Assembly (NCBI RefSeq): GCF_006345805.1
Contig: NC_042999.1
Coordinates: forward strand, 1,116,001 to 1,180,000
DNA length: 64,000 nt
DNA from: Octopus sinensis
Lineage: Eukaryota
Direction: 5' to 3'
The notes below the pieces were generated by a model. That model ran no database searches. It saw only the letters and a program-made list of their open reading frames with translations, and was not told where the DNA came from. Within the stretch, counting starts at the first letter, position 1. Each line of letters begins with the position of its first letter. Positions 52,198 to 64,000 of this stretch are shown here, one piece after another. A program made the position numbers and the translations under genes.

Positions 52198-52281
52198 TTT
52201 TCTACATATGTTTCAAAGGCTGCAAAGTCCCTAATTCGGATTGAATAAGGAGTCCATTTTGCAGCCTTCTCTTCAGGAAAA
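52198..52281 (-). ncRNA. Type I hammerhead ribozyme, near-canonical
   Basis: UUUUC-CUGAAGA-GAAGGCUGCAAA...UUUGCAGCCUUU-GAA-ACAUAUGU-A-GAAAA; predicted cleavage between 52203 and 52202. Confidence 0.75.
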
Positions 52282-52859
52282 TCCAGAAACTTAATTCTCC
52301 AACAAAATGCACAGCAGGCTTTTCACAAACGCTCACGAGGAGCCCATGGAATAAATGGCACAAACTGTCTATCTATATGCGTTGACGCCAGGCTGGGTGA
52401 AAGCAGACGAGAATGTCCGTTAAGATAGTTCAAGGTCAGAATCCGGTTAGGAGAAGGGGGGGTACAGGAAAATCAAAGAGTGTGAATGTATTCTGTATGA
52501 CTGGTGTTTATATTTGAATTATTTTAAGAATGAGTGCTAGAGTGTTTGAGTGTGAGAAATTGCTTTCATGTATGTGTGTGTGCGTCTATGTATGTGTGGC
52601 AGTGTGTTTCGAAGGCAGCAAGAGAGAGATATATAGCAGGTATTAATGGTCAAGCAACAGAAAAGACTGTATATATATATATAAATTAGAAAAAAAAACA
52701 CCTTTTATCAATTTATGATATATACGATTTATTTATTATTTTGCACATTACTTAATCATCGGTATATTATTATTTTATATTTAATATTTCTATTATATGT
52801 AATTTTCTAGATGGTGTAATTTAATTGTTCATTTTGAATTGATAAAAGGTGGTTTTTTC

Positions 52860-52910
<51 letters not shown>

Positions 52911-53073
52911 TTCGTGAAATTTGAATTAGTATTTCTAAATTGAATTTTCCCTGTAAGTATGTATAATATTCCCTCAAATTTTATATATATATATATATAT
53001 ATACACTGTATATATATATTATATATATAATATATATATATATATACAGTATATATATATGTATATATATATT

Positions 53074-53118
<45 letters not shown>

Positions 53119-53120
53119 GT

Positions 53121-53151
<31 letters not shown>

Positions 53152-53152
<1 letters not shown>

Positions 53153-53545
53153 CTTTATATATAAAAGTGAAGTTGTGTGTCTGTCTCCTACGATTTAGAT
53201 TCCTAACTACTCCCTCATTTTGCGGTGCAGTGTAACCAAAAGCGGGTTATAGTCGTGATTCATATCGAGCCCTTCTGGGTATTAGCGCACGTCTACGATG
53301 AGTTTACGATTTAAAAAAAAATTACCATAATTTTTTCCGCATTTTTAATGCATTTTCGCTCGGTTTATATAAGGGAAGTAACTCTCTAAAAATGTATTAT
53401 TAAATCTCAGAATGTAAAAAGCTACAGTAACACTCCCCCTTTTGTGGTTAGCCATATTGAGATGGCTATTATACTTTACATCTCTAAAAATGCTTATATA
53501 GTTATTTCCCTTACAAACCCGAGCAACGCCGGGCGACACTGCTAG
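53152..53545 (+). mobile_element. Non-autonomous Helitron, complete
   Basis: A|TCtttatatataaaag...gccgggcgacactgCTAG|T. Confidence 0.9.
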
Positions 53546-54260
53546 TATATATATATATATATATATATATATACTCTTTTATTTTATTTGTTACAGTCAT
53601 TTGACTTTGGCCATGCTGGAGCACTGCCTTTAGTCGAGCAAATCGACTCTAGGGATTATTCTTTGTAAGCCTAGTACTTATTCTATCGGTCTGTTTTTGC
53701 CACACACACACACATACATATACACACACACACATACATATATACACATACGCACACACACTCACACACGTATACACACATACATCTTGTTGATTCTTGG
53801 GAGCGTCATTATGCCAATAACGATATGGTTACACATCTGACCAACTTCGTAATCGATCGTTTGTTTGGTTAAACAATCAAAGTTTTATTTCTTCGTGAAA
53901 GTCCGTTCGTCGCTATTTTTCGCGACCTTTTCAATAGCTTGTCCTTTCTCTTCAACGTCTGCCCTGAAATTTGGCCGCGAATTAATCTTATGTCTGCGTG
54001 CATGCATGCCTTTCTATGTGTGTGTAGATGTGTGTTTGCTTAGAAGAATAAGGGTGAGAGGAAAGGAGATTATGTGCGTGCGTGCGAGTGTGTATGTGTG
54101 TGTGTGTGTGTGTGTGCGTGCGTATGTGTGTGGTTGTGTGTACACTCGTGTGACTACTTGCATGTGTATGTGTACGTGTGTGTTAGTGTGTGTAGCCATC
54201 CATGACTAGGTATGTGTATGTATAACTGTGTCTATATACGCACATAGATTTATATGCAAG

Positions 54261-54487
54261 AGGCGGCGAGCTGGCAGAAGCGTTAGCACGCCGGGCGAAA
54301 TGCTTAGCAGTATTTCGTCTACGTTCTGAGTTCAAATTCCGCCGAGGTCGACTTTGCCTTTCATCCTCTCGGGGTCGATAAATAAAGTACCAGTTTCGCA
54401 CTGGGTCGATGTAATCGACTTAATCCGTTTGTCTGTCCTTGTTTGTCCCCTCTATGTTTAGCCCCTTGTGGGTAGCAAAAGAAATAT
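54261..54487 (+). mobile_element. SINE family B, monomer
   Basis: aggcggcgagctggcagaagcgttagcacgccggg... Confidence 0.9.
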
Positions 54488-55175
54488 ATATCATGTATAT
54501 ATGTGAATAGAAGCAGGCGTGACTGTGTTGTAAGCTGTTCCGGGTTCAGTCCAGCTGCGTGGCACTTTGAGCGGGTGTTTTACTATAGCCCTGGGTCGAC
54601 TAAACCCTTGTGAGTAGATTTGGTTGACGGAATCTGAAAAAGCTTGTCATATATGTGTTTATCAATATTTAGCCGAAGCAACAGAGTGACTCGGGGGGCG
54701 AGAGTTTCGTTCATTGACACTTGTCAAACTACACACAGACACACACAAACACACACACACACACACACACACATAAACATACACACACTCACACACACAC
54801 ATACATATGCATGAGTGGCTGTGTGGTAAGTAGCCTGCTTACCAACTACATGGTTCTGGGTTCAGCCCCATTACGCGACGCCTTGGTCTTCTACTAGAGC
54901 CTCAGGCCAACCAAAGCCTTGTGAGTGAATTTGGTAGACGGAAACTGTGTGTGTGTTTGTGTTTGTGCCCCCGATGGTGGCAAGTATATACATAATATTA
55001 TTGTTCTTTCTTGCGAAATATATAGAATTACTTTAAAGAAGTGTTCGGGTCGAAACAAGTAAAAGAATAAAAGAAAGAAATGAAAGAATATATATATATA
55101 TATATGTACATTTTTACTTTTATATACATATTTATATTTATTGCATATCTTTTACTTTTTTATATTTATATATAA

Positions 55176-56452
55176 CTAGCAGAGATACCCGGCGTTACCC
55201 GATTACATTCAATTGGAGAATTAGACTTTTCTGTTATATCTTCTGTGATGAACTGGAATATCTATGTTTCGAATTTCATCAAAATTGCAGATGAGGGTTA
55301 TTTCAATCTTTACACACCCTAAAAAATTGTAATCGTGCCACATGTATCCCATAATCCTGATTTTTATGCGCATATTCCAAAATTCCAGTCTTATTTAACT
55401 TGTTAAAAAGATTTTGTTCCTGAAAAATGAAGGTCATGGAGCTCTAAAATGTGAGAGTTAAGGCCCCTGTTGGGGGTGGGCATCTTAATGTCAACCAGAG
55501 AAGTTGAATTGTTGAAAATCTTTTTAACTTGGGTCTTATATCTATTGTTTGAATTTCTTTGAAATAGGAAATATATGTTCACTGGGTTTGTAAAAGAGAG
55601 CAAAGCTACAGGAAACCAAAAGACGAATGATCACAATAAGCAGTCAGTTACCCTACCCTAGTCGTTACCACTCCTAATGTAGGATTCCTCACCATCCAGG
55701 TGACAGGCACAGCCGTAAGATGCATTACAAATCTATAGCAATTGGAAGGGTAATCTATAGCAACTGTTTGACGTGAGAGCTAAGGAGAAATGAAAGTGTC
55801 ACCTCTGTAGTTTGCAAATGACCACTATACTGATACGTAACTGGACAGAATAAATTTAAAATCTATAAATGTCTTCGAATAACCAGTCACTCATCTGGGA
55901 AGGCCTTGAAATCAATGTTACCATCTGGGGACTATGTGTGACCGAGTGATAATAAAAAGACTGAAAGGAGGTCTGCAATCAAATAAATTTTACTCTACAC
56001 TTTGCAACTGAATCAGTGGAGGCAAAGATGCCTCTCATTTACTTGACAATTTATGCAGTGTGTATGTCAAAGCAAACTGTTACACTGTTGTACCATTGAA
56101 TTACAAATAATGCTCATCTTTTATGCTCGGGTAACCCTACAGCTTCCAAGAGCACAACTGTATTCATTTTTGCTTAGATAAAATGACAAAATTGTAGTTG
56201 TTAAGTCCCCATGGAGGGGTCTTTCTAACTTTGTAAGATGAAATTTTATAGATATTACTTCATTTGTGTCTAATGTCTATGGTTAAAATTTCATCAACAG
56301 CAAAAAATATGAATTGTCATGGGTGTTATGGCCCTTATGCATAGAATATAATTTCCAAATTTCATAAAGATCCATTCAGTACTTTTGACCAAGTTTTGGA
56401 TCATAAAAGAAATTACTAAAATTTGGGATTTAAGGCTCCCATTAGGGTGTTT

Positions 56453-56460
<8 letters not shown>
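55176..56460 (-). mobile_element. Second Helitron family, probably spanning ~900 bp of internal unique sequence
   Basis: Minus-strand 3' end cgggtaacgccgggtatctctgCTAG|T at 55176; a putative 5' end (tatataaaacaccc) near 56460; linkage of the two ends is inferred. Confidence 0.4.
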
Positions 56461-56499
<39 letters not shown>

Positions 56500-56814
56500 T
56501 ATATAGATATATATATAGATAGAGAGATAGATATACACACATACAAAGATAAATTGATAGATACAACTGAGTGAGCAAACAAAAATATGAGACACAGCCT
56601 AGTGCTTTTTTATGTTGATAAGCCTAGTACTTACTCTATTAGTTTGTTCTTGTGAAACCAGTAAGTTATGTGGATGTAAATAAGTGAACAGCAGTTGTGA
56701 AGCAGTGATGAGGGCGAAACACAGAGACAAAGACACACACATACACTTACATATATACATACATATATATACGATTTATTTGTTACAGTTCCTGTCTACG
56801 AAATCCATATATAT

Positions 56815-59508
56815 TGTTGTTGGCATCATTTTTGTCTCGGGAGACAATGGAGTTGCGCATAAAATAATCTTGTCCGGCTTTTACATTTCATGTCCTAATA
56901 CATCTCTTGCTGTGGCTGTGTAGTCCTAGCCGGGACAAACACTCCCTCTGGCAGGTGCCGTAAATGTAGCGAAGACTTTGCCTGACTGGTTGTAATGTCA
57001 TAGTTTCTTGTTGACGTCTTTTCTTGTCTTTCCATTTCTCCTTTCTCACTATGTCACTCCTTTGTGTTCCCTCTTTCACGGTACGTCGCCAATCTCCACG
57101 GTTGCTGGCAACTGCTTCCCAGTTGGTAATATTGATGTTGCAGGCATTCATGTCCCTTTTGCAAACATCTTGTATCGTATCGTAAGAACGGTCTTCCCAC
57201 AGACCTAGTGCCCCTAGCAAGCTCTCCGTTGAGTATGTCCTTGGGGATTCTGCCATCTTCCATACGGCTAACATGTCCAAGCCATCTCATACGTCTTTGT
57301 GTGAAGAGTGCAAACATGCTTGGTATTCCTGCTTGCTTGAGGACATCTTTGTTAGGGACATGATTCTGCCATTTGATGCGATGGATTTTCCGGAGACAGC
57401 GCAGGTGAAAGATATTTAGGCGACGTATGGCGTCGTATGGCGTGTGTATGGCGTCAAAGTCATACAGTAGAGTGCTAAGTACACATGCCTGGTAAATCTT
57501 CATTTTTGTGGTCTTGGTCAGCTTATTGTTGTACCATGCGCGTTTGGTGAGTTGGGCCATCACAGCAGCTGCCTTGCCAATGCGTATATTGAGCTCAGCA
57601 TCAAGGGATAGGTTGTAGGTGACGGTAGAGCCAAGATAGGTAAACTTCTCCACCTCCTATACTCTGTGGTCTCCAATATGTATGTTTGGGATGTCCGATG
57701 TAGTCTGACCCATGATGTTGGTCTTCTTGAGGCTGATAACTAAGCCAAAGTTGCCAAATGCTTGCTCAAAACAGTTGCTGTGCCGTCGTAGGGCTTCTTC
57801 TGTGTGTGATACCAGAGCGGCATCATCAGCAAATAGCATCTCCTTGATCAGGATGCTTCTGAAATTTTGGTCTTGGCACGCAGACGCGAGAGATTGAACA
57901 GTTCCCCATCACTTCTACTGTGCAGAAACACTCCATCATCTGATGTCTCAAAGGCATGTGACAGCAGCAGCGAGAAGAAGATGCCAAATAATGTAGGAGC
58001 AAGGACACAACCTTGCTCTACCCCATTTTTTATTTGGAAGGCGGCTGATGTTGAACCATTGTGCTGTATGGTGCCTTGCATATTAGCATGGAATGATTTG
58101 ATGATCCTCAGCAGCTTTGGTGGACATCCGATTTTTTGGAGCAGGATGAAGAGGCCTTTTCTACTTACCAAGTCAAAGCCCTTTGTCAGATCAATGAAGG
58201 CCATATATAATGGCATGTTCTGCTCTCTGGACTTCTGAAGTTGGCGTATGGAGAATATCATGTCAATAGTTGATCTGCTTCTAAAGCCACACTGCGATTC
58301 TGGATGAATTCGAGAAGCAATTAGTTGCAGCCTGGACAGGATAATGCAAGCAGAGGCCTTTCCAACTGTGCTAAGAAGAGATATTCCACGGTAATTGTTA
58401 CAATCATCACGGTCACTTTTATTTTTGTAAAGCGTAATGATGTTAGCATCCCGCATATTCTGAGGGACTGTACCCTCTTACCTGCACTGACACCGAAGCA
58501 GGATGGTGTTTTTGCCGGTTTTGATGATCTCTAAGGGGATGCCGTCTTTTCCCGGAGCCTTGTTACTTGCTAGGGAGTCAATAAATTTGGTGAGCTCTGC
58601 TATAGATGGCAGACTGTCAAGTTCACACATGACTGGCAAGATCTTGACACCCTCGATTGCAGCCTCAGCTACCGTGGTCTCTCGTGAGTAGAGATCCTGG
58701 TAGTACTCCATCCATCTATCCATTTGCTTGCTTTGGTCCCTGATGAGATCTCCAGTAGTGATTTCAGAGGGGCTGAGGTATTTGCGGATGGACCGAGGGC
58801 CTTCTTCAAACCGGCATACATCCCACGGGTGTCGCCACTGTCAGCAGCTGACTGGATACTCTGACAGATTTCCTTTCAATACCCATTTGCATAGCGTCTG
58901 GCAGTCAGTTGGGTTTTATTTCTTGCCTTTCTGAGTTCTTCGTGTGACTTTGTAGAAGAACCACTCTTGTATTGCATCAGAGCTGTACGCTTTGCTTCGA
59001 TAACTGGTTCCAGCTCTGAGAGCCCAGCACTGAACAAAATCTGGGTTTTACCTTTCTCTCATTCCGAAAGTATCTATTGATGTGGTATACAAAGCTTCCC
59101 TGATATAATTCCACCTACTTTCAGCAGAGGAGGTTGGGCAACTCCTGAGGGAAACCTTGATAGAAACAGCAAAACATTGTCGCAGTGTAGGGTTCGAGGT
59201 TCTGGCAGTGTTAATGCGTGGTTGGCTAATTTTCTTGGAGTGATGGACTTTTTAGGCAGAATCCTCACCCTTCTTATTAGTGAATGATCTGTCTCACAAT
59301 CCGCGCTACGGGTCAGTTGAACAGAATTCAGAAAGGATCTTCGTGTAATGATGAGATCCAACTGATGCCAGTGGTGAGATCTTGGATGTCACCAAGATGC
59401 CTTGTGGGATGTCTTGTTGGGAAAGAATGTGTTGGTGATGCACAGGTTATGGTATGTGCAAAATTCAAGTAGTCTCTGGCTATTGTCATTCATGTTGCCA
59501 ATACTAAA
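56815..59508 (-). mobile_element. RTE-clade LINE, 5'-truncated and degraded (partial APE endonuclease, RT, C-terminal Cys/His motif)
   Basis: QRLLEFC...LCITNTFF, LDLIITR, KAPGKDGIP, NYRGISLLS, QCGFR, AFIDLTKGFD, QGCVLAPTLF, LFADD, FTYLGS, RMRWLGHVSRM, CQRECLSRLGLHSHSKRC; 3' end gatgccaacaaca. Confidence 0.95.
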
Positions 59509-59576
59509 ACACATACACTTACATATATACATACATATATATACGATTGATTTGTTTCAGTTCCTGTCCACGAAAT

Positions 59577-59625
<49 letters not shown>

Positions 59626-59626
59626 A

Positions 59627-59669
<43 letters not shown>

Positions 59670-59761
59670 TTATATGAGGATAATATCGATATTTAAGTGT
59701 CGAAATTATCAAGTGGCCAGCATGAAAGAAATACCTTACAAAGGTAAAAAACTTTTACAAT

Positions 59762-60330
59762 TAAAATGAGGTTGTCTAAAGACACCAACATGCCGAATAG
59801 CAGTCGAAACACTGACTTAGTACCACGTTAAATGTCATATCGCAATGAGGTAAGCGGAGGACAAAACATACAAGCAAAAATTACTGAATAATTCAAGATC
59901 CAAGGATTTTTGGTTCTGCTTTAGATAAGCTTTACCGTCATCAATTGAATATATCAAGGTAAATAAATACAGATATATATGACAGCAAACGATATACTTA
60001 CATATACGAGCGTCGTACCACATACATATGACGTATGGACACGGCCAGTTTGAATCGCCTGCCAAATCACCGCATAGTACGATATGGTTAAAATAAGTAT
60101 CGTTTGCTGTGCATATATATATCTGTATTTATGTACCCTGATATATTCAATTGATGACGGTAAAGCTTATCTAAAGCAGAACCAGAAATCCTTGGATCTT
60201 GATTATTCAATATTTTGCTTGTATGTTTTGTCCCTCCGCTTTACCTCATGGTGCGATATGAACATTTAACGTGGTACTATAGTCAGTGTTTCGATGCTAT
60301 TTCGGCATGTTGGTGTCTTTAGACACCCTC

Positions 60331-60336
<6 letters not shown>
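59762..60336. repeat. Fold-back: ~240-bp inverted arms around a ~92-bp spacer, each arm carrying an HHR motif
   Basis: 59762-60000 is the reverse complement of 60093-60336 with scattered indels; HHR motifs at 59891-59950 (-) and 60147-60202 (+). Confidence 0.85.
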
Positions 60337-60427
<91 letters not shown>

Positions 60428-60544
60428 TATATATACATACATATATATATGTATGTACACACACACACACAAAGATAAATTGATAGATACAACTGAGTGG
60501 GCAAACAAAAATGTGAGACACTGCGTAGAGCTTTTTTAAATTTT

Positions 60545-60815
60545 GATAAGCCTGGTACTTATTCTATCAGTTTCTTCTGTGTGAAACCAGTATGTTATGG
60601 GGATGTAAATAAACGAACACCAGTTGTGAAGCAGTGATGAGGGAGAAACACAAAGACACATACACAGACTTACATACATACATACATATATATACGATTG
60701 ATTTCTTTCAGTTTCTGTCTACAAAATCCACTGACAAGGCTTTGGTTGGTCTCAGGCTATAGTAGAAGACACATGCCAAGTTACCACACAGTGGGACTGA
60801 ACTGAGAACCATGCG
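60545..60815 (-). mobile_element. SINE family A, diverged
   Basis: aagcctggtacttattctatcag...tttcagtttctgtctacaaaatccac...ggctatagtagaagacac. Confidence 0.75.
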
Positions 60816-61244
60816 TTTTGGAACCATAAGAATACTTATGCATAAATCTAAAATCTTAAATAATTTCTTTGTTATTGTAGTATATATCAGTAAAAAATGG
60901 AATATTCCCAAAATTGCATGATTAACTAAATGATTTCCATTTCTTATTTAAACGTGAAAATCTTGAAAAAAAAAAATCAGATATATGGATGTGATATAAT
61001 GACACTTATTCATTTTTGAACACCGGTCTGAAATCAATTTTTTGCGTGTATAGTAAGTTATTATATTGTGTATATTTTCTCCATTGTGATCTACTGTTGT
61101 CTAGCTGTCTGTCTGTGTTGTTGTAAAACTGTTGAAGTCGGCCTTCGTGCGAGGGCTTCGTGTTGGTGTTTCCCCCCTCCGTGGGGGAAAGAGCTATCAT
61201 TATCTTGGGTGTGCCAAGGGCTTGTTAAAGCCAAGTTATCAGAG

Positions 61245-62544
61245 ATGGAATCCCCCATCTCGAATTCAAGTGATGCAGGATCACCGGCGGTGTCGCCAAA
61301 GAAAAAAGGGGCGGGGTCGCCAAAGGAAAAAGACATTCCAGCACCAGCGAGAAAATTTTCTGAAGTAGCTGGGAAGAAAATTAAAAAAATTAACGTGGAC
61401 AACCTGGGAAAACATGCAGACTGTGTGTCAAAAGAGGGCACGGAAGTAACCGTAGCTTCAAACGCCCAAATACAGGAGGAAATTTCGAATAGGAGAATAA
61501 TCTATAAGACATTCAGTATAACAAGCAGAGCAATACAAAAAATAGAGGAGAAAAAGATCGAAAACTGCTTAAAGCCGATTATGGATATAAATAAATAACA
61601 TATATCAATCGAGGGAAGAAATTCGGCACAGTGGAGGTGAGATTCACGTCAGAGGAGGTAGCAAAGAAGCTATCAATGGAACCATAAAAGCAGAGGATAT
61701 TGTTCTCCTACCCTGTATAAAGGCAAGAGAACTTCCAAGATCACAATGAATAACATTCCGCCAGAAGCGGATGCCGAAGTCCTGGTGGCAGCAGTTATGG
61801 TAGGCCTGGAGGAAAAAATAAACATCCTCCAGGCCACCGTAGAAGAAGAAGAATCTGGAAAGGGCAAAAAATAATAATAGCCATACAAGCAGAAGTACAA
61901 ACCCTGGAAGAGATCCCAGAGACTCTAAAGATAAGCGAAGATGAAAGAGTCACAGTCTTTGTAGAGGGCAGAAAGCCGAGGTGCTTCGGCTGCGGTAAGA
62001 AAGGGCATGTAAGGGCAGAATGCCAGCCCCAACCCAAACCGCAGGAAGCAGCTCAGCCAAGTGGAAAAGAAGAAGCCGTGTCGTCAGAAACAGCGCTGGG
62101 ACTGAAGGTGTGGAGGTGACTAAGGCAGCGGAACCAACGGAGGAGGAAAAAAAGAGCGAGGAAACAAAAAAGGAGGAGGGGTGGTCAAAAATCACCAGGA
62201 AAAAAAGAAAAACTGAAACCACCCCTCCCAAAGTAAACCAAAAAAAAAAAAGGGAGTCATTGAACTCATTTATGGCCGTTAAGGCCACGAACAATAGACT
62301 TGGAAATGTGTTGGCAGCGATGGCCAAAGTAGAAAAAATAGGGAAGAAAAACGATTATGTTTTGTACAGAATAGGCCGGAAGGATTACGGACGGATAAAG
62401 TCCGAATTTTTCCATGACGTAGGCCCGCTCAGAATGGATATAACATCTCCATATATATTCGAGGGCCTGCGTCAGACTCCCCCACGAGGCCCAGAAAAAG
62501 AGAAGGAAGAAGAGAAAAAAAAAAAAACCGAACCACTGATATAA
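61245..62544 (+). pseudogene. LINE ORF1 (gag-like, CCHC zinc knuckle), frameshifted
   Basis: ATG at 61245; CFGCGKKGHVRAEC (CX2CX4HX4C) at 61982-62023; several frame breaks. Confidence 0.8.
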
Positions 62545-62552
62545 AGTAAGTA

Positions 62553-64000
62553 ATGGATTACATTTATGTTGGTTGTTTAAATGTGCGCGGCCTGGGAGCA
62601 AGCTGGAAGCAAGGTCGCTTCCTGCATGACATCAGGTCGGTCGCGTAGTTTAGATGTCATTGTTGCTACAGAAACCCGGTTAGAGGGGCCAAGAGGTCTA
62701 CTCCCGCTGTTTGACGGCTACGAGAGTTTTTTCTCTCCTGGCAGTCCTACAGGCGGGAGTGGGGTGTTGGTCCTATTAAAAGAAACCGGGTTTCTGGGAA
62801 AAAGTTAATTTTTGCAGATCCAGAAGGTAGGCTGGTCGTCATGGATTTGACGTTCAGTAACGGTAAAGTTATCAGACTGGTTGCAATTTACGCACCCAAC
62901 AGTACAGGGCAAAGTGATTATTTTCGTGAACTAGAAAACTTTCTTGGTACTTCGCATTCATTAGTAGTGCTAGGAGACTTTAACACAATTTGCAAAGCGG
63001 ATGTAGATTGTGTTGGCTCGCGTCCAGATAGGAAAGGTAACAGTGGCTTCATGGAACTGCTAAGCCGCTTTGAGCTAGCAGATCCTTACAGGCTGGAATT
63101 TCCGAAGGCTCCATTGTGGACATGGTCAAACAGCGACGGATCTTCCAGGTCATATTTAGATAGAATACTAATTAGAAAAGTAGACAGTAAAATAGCTAAG
63201 TGTCCACAGTTTTACCCGATCAGCTACAGTGATCATAAAATGGTCACTTGTAAGCTTGACATAGATAAGGTTAAAAATAGAGGATCCGGTTACTGGAAAC
63301 TTAATACGTCCCTTTTGGCGATTAAGGAGTACAAAGACCGGATTAGGAATATAATTCAGAGGGCACTATCTGGTACCATCATTAATAACAAATGGTGGTA
63401 CGCCCTCAAACGAGCCATCAAGTTTGAGTCTATTAGATATAGCATAGGAGTAGTGGCTAGAGAGGCTAGAAGGGAAACTACTCTAGTTAAGGAATTAGAG
63501 GAAGCCATGAAAACTGGCTCTGCGGCTCAGGTGGCGGCCAAGAGACTGGTGTTAACCAGCACCTCGAGGCCAAACACATGGGCTGCATTGTCAGGGCTAG
63601 AATCCGTCATATGGGATGTGAAGGAATCAACGCCGTGAGATGGGCCCGAGTGATGGAAGCCCGGAATGGCAACGATGCCACGATTCGATCTTGAAGAACC
63701 AACAAGGTGAGTTGATAAACGAACCCGAGGAGATGTGTGAGGCCTTTCAGGAGCACTTCGCTCAGCTTTTCGCTGAGTGCGGCGGGCTGGATAGGAGGAG
63801 GGCCTTTACGGACCTACTCGACGGTCTGCCGCGCTTATCGGGGCGAGATGCGGAGGGCTGTGAAGGGCCAATTACGCCTGGGGAGGTGGTTGAGGCAATG
63901 GCGGACTGCGGCGCGGGCAAGGCGCTGGGTTTGGATGGTCTACCCTATGAGTTATATAAGAGTATGCCAGACTTGTTCGGGCACCTACTGGCGGAGGTCT
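62553..64000 (+). pseudogene. LINE ORF2 N-terminus: APE endonuclease and pre-RT region, frameshifted
   Basis: CLNVRGL, VATETR, AIYAPN, VLGDFN, SYLDRIL, SYSDHKMV, GSGYWKLNTSLL, KALGLDGLPYELY. Confidence 0.9.

Larger units (their letters stand above)
61090..64000 (+). mobile_element. Tx1/L1-clade LINE, 5' part (continues beyond the window)
   Basis: GC-rich two-ORF element; 5' boundary approximate. Confidence 0.9.

Noticed and set aside
55880-56080. RPA/OB-fold-like peptide in the Helitron cargo
   Set aside because: Only a few residues of resemblance (VTIWG) and multiple stops

Overview
AT-rich, repeat-saturated eukaryotic DNA. The SINE, Helitron and microsatellite content looks like a coleoid cephalopod, most likely Octopus; this is recognition of the repeats, not a database result. 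No intact host protein-coding gene can be supported, and nearly all ORFs in the track are translations of (TA)n, (TACA)n, (GATA)n, (GGT)n, (CTT)n or (ATT)n. The real coding remnants are all retroelements: a Tx1/L1-clade LINE (61.1-64 kb, runs off the window), a 5'-truncated RTE LINE with a 78-bp flanking duplication (56.8-59.5 kb), three or four unrelated Penelope-like (PLE) GIY-YIG/RT fragments, two R4-like restriction-like-endonuclease tails and a CR1/L2-type tail. The window also holds several tRNA-derived SINE families, non-autonomous Helitrons and MITEs. The most striking hidden signal is non-coding: at least 7 unrelated families of type I hammerhead ribozyme (HHR) motifs. They include a near-canonical copy at 52.2 kb, a 473-nt retrozyme-like monomer whose 5' end coincides with the predicted self-cleavage site (14.6-15.3 kb), two fold-back pairs of HHRs, and a tRNA-headed SINE fused to an HHR-bearing PLE-type tail. 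There is also a decayed ~58-codon tandem protein repeat of unknown origin (23.5-24.0 kb) and a candidate minus-strand TATA/CCAAT promoter near 4.1 kb. All folds were paired by eye and none is tested.
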